Source: Myxococcota bacterium
GTDB taxonomy: Bacteria; Myxococcota; Kuafuiibacteriia; Kuafuiibacteriales; Kuafuiibacteriaceae
DNA: 54,688 nt
Reading direction: 5' to 3'
NCBI GenBank assembly: GCA_039819565.1
Contig: JBCBRU010000002.1
Coordinates: 1 to 54,688 of the forward strand
Shown: piece after piece, positions 54,343 to 54,688 of the stretch
Layout of the letters: each line of letters opens with the position of its first letter
How positions within the stretch are numbered: the stretch's first letter is position 1
The notes under the pieces: model-generated
The model's database searches: none
Seen by the model: only the letters and a program-made list of their open reading frames with translations
Told to the model about the DNA's origin: nothing
Translations under genes and position numbers: made by a program

Positions 54343-54688
54343 ACGTGCCTTTCCCACGTGCCTTTCCGACGTGCCTTTCCGACGTGCCTTTCCGAAGGAA
54401 AGGTCACGGCAGCTCTCTCCCCAAGCCCAACCGACTCCGTGAGAGACCCACGTGCCTTTCCGAAGGAAAGGTCACGGCAGCTCGAGCAAAGAAGCGGAGG
54501 GGACTCCGTGAGAGACCCACGTGCCTTTCCGAAGGAAAGGTCACGGCAGCTCGAGCAAAGAAGCGAGAGGACTCCGTGAGAGACCCACGTGCCTTTCCGA
54601 AGGAAAGGTCAGGGCAGCTCTCCGCCCAAGCCCAACCGACTCCGTGAAAGACCCACGTGCCTTTCCGAAGGAAAGGTCACGGCAGCTC
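54343..54688. repeat. tandem array: four 13-bp half-site iterations followed by at least five ~68-bp units with a palindromic 35-bp core; truncated by the window edge
   Basis: ACGTGCCTTTCC(N) starts at 54343, 54356, 54369 and 54382. The core CACGTGCCTTTCCGAAGGAAAGGTCACGGCAGCTC is at 54382 (first base differs), 54449, 54518, 54586 (1 mismatch) and 54654. The inter-core segments share GACTCCGTGAGAGACC and recur in two types. Confidence 0.85.

Noticed and set aside
54382-54688. CRISPR array (35-bp palindromic repeat, 33-34-bp spacers, ~68-bp period)
   Set aside because: The 'spacers' are not unique. All share a 16-bp 3' segment, and the remaining 17-18 bp occurs in only two recurring versions. 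No cas genes are in the window. A leader-like series of 13-bp half-repeats is atypical. I treated it as a tandem repeat; the part beyond the window edge is unseen.
1-54688. Prophage, integrative element or defence island
   Set aside because: No integrase, transposase, phage structural gene, restriction-modification gene, toxin-antitoxin gene, cas gene or other defence hallmark was recognised. GC content is uniformly high except for short promoter-like patches.

Overview
This is a very GC-rich chromosomal segment (roughly 68-72% by eye, not computed). It looks like Myxococcota: a MYXO-CTERM-like tail, a DUF1592/DUF1552-type exported pair, many lipobox and twin-arginine signals, and a giant multidomain sensor kinase. 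I call about 45 densely packed protein-coding genes, several joined by 4-nt start/stop overlaps. From left to right the recognisable content is as follows. An RDD membrane protein. An operon of two ArsA/Get3-like ATPases, a divergent DUF71-like PP-loop protein and a KASIII-like protein. Two SDRs. Three M16 peptidase genes with a lipoprotein. A divergent NRAMP homologue. A 1617-aa CheB-CheR-PAS-GAF-PAS-HisKA-HATPase-REC protein. A ferritin-like protein, a thioredoxin-like [2Fe-2S] ferredoxin and a UbiB-family kinase. A phoX-tatA-2OG-oxygenase cluster. An AraC/GyrI regulator with a VOC protein. Two unknowns followed by a DUF1592/DUF1552-type pair. An SGNH hydrolase. A TPR-radical SAM (partial SPASM) enzyme. 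A 997-aa vWA lipoprotein, an 875-aa unknown and a beta-helix lipoprotein. Then trmB, epmA, a FadL-like OMP, a DUF2007 protein, a PanE-family reductase, an extradiol dioxygenase, a stand-alone rpsN and a CBS-pair protein. I saw no rRNA, tRNA, transposase, integrase, cas gene or recognisable defence gene, so the window reads as ordinary chromosome rather than a mobile or defence island. I cannot point to a convincing complete novel system. The observations least explained by the gene list are: (i) a CRISPR-like but non-CRISPR array of ~68-bp palindromic units cut by the right edge; (ii) a 213-bp element bounded by perfect 27-bp inverted repeats between convergent genes; (iii) the tightly coupled Get3-like ATPase pair with two enzymes whose catalytic motifs are altered; (iv) an orphan TPR-radical SAM/SPASM-like enzyme; (v) a 470-bp repeat-bearing non-coding gap; (vi) a collagen-like stalk in PhoX; (vii) an NRAMP homologue lacking the canonical metal ligands. 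Most long ORFs in the supplied track are antisense or alternative-frame artefacts of the high GC content. All family assignments come from motif recognition by eye; no searches were run. Start codons are frequently uncertain because GTG starts are common.
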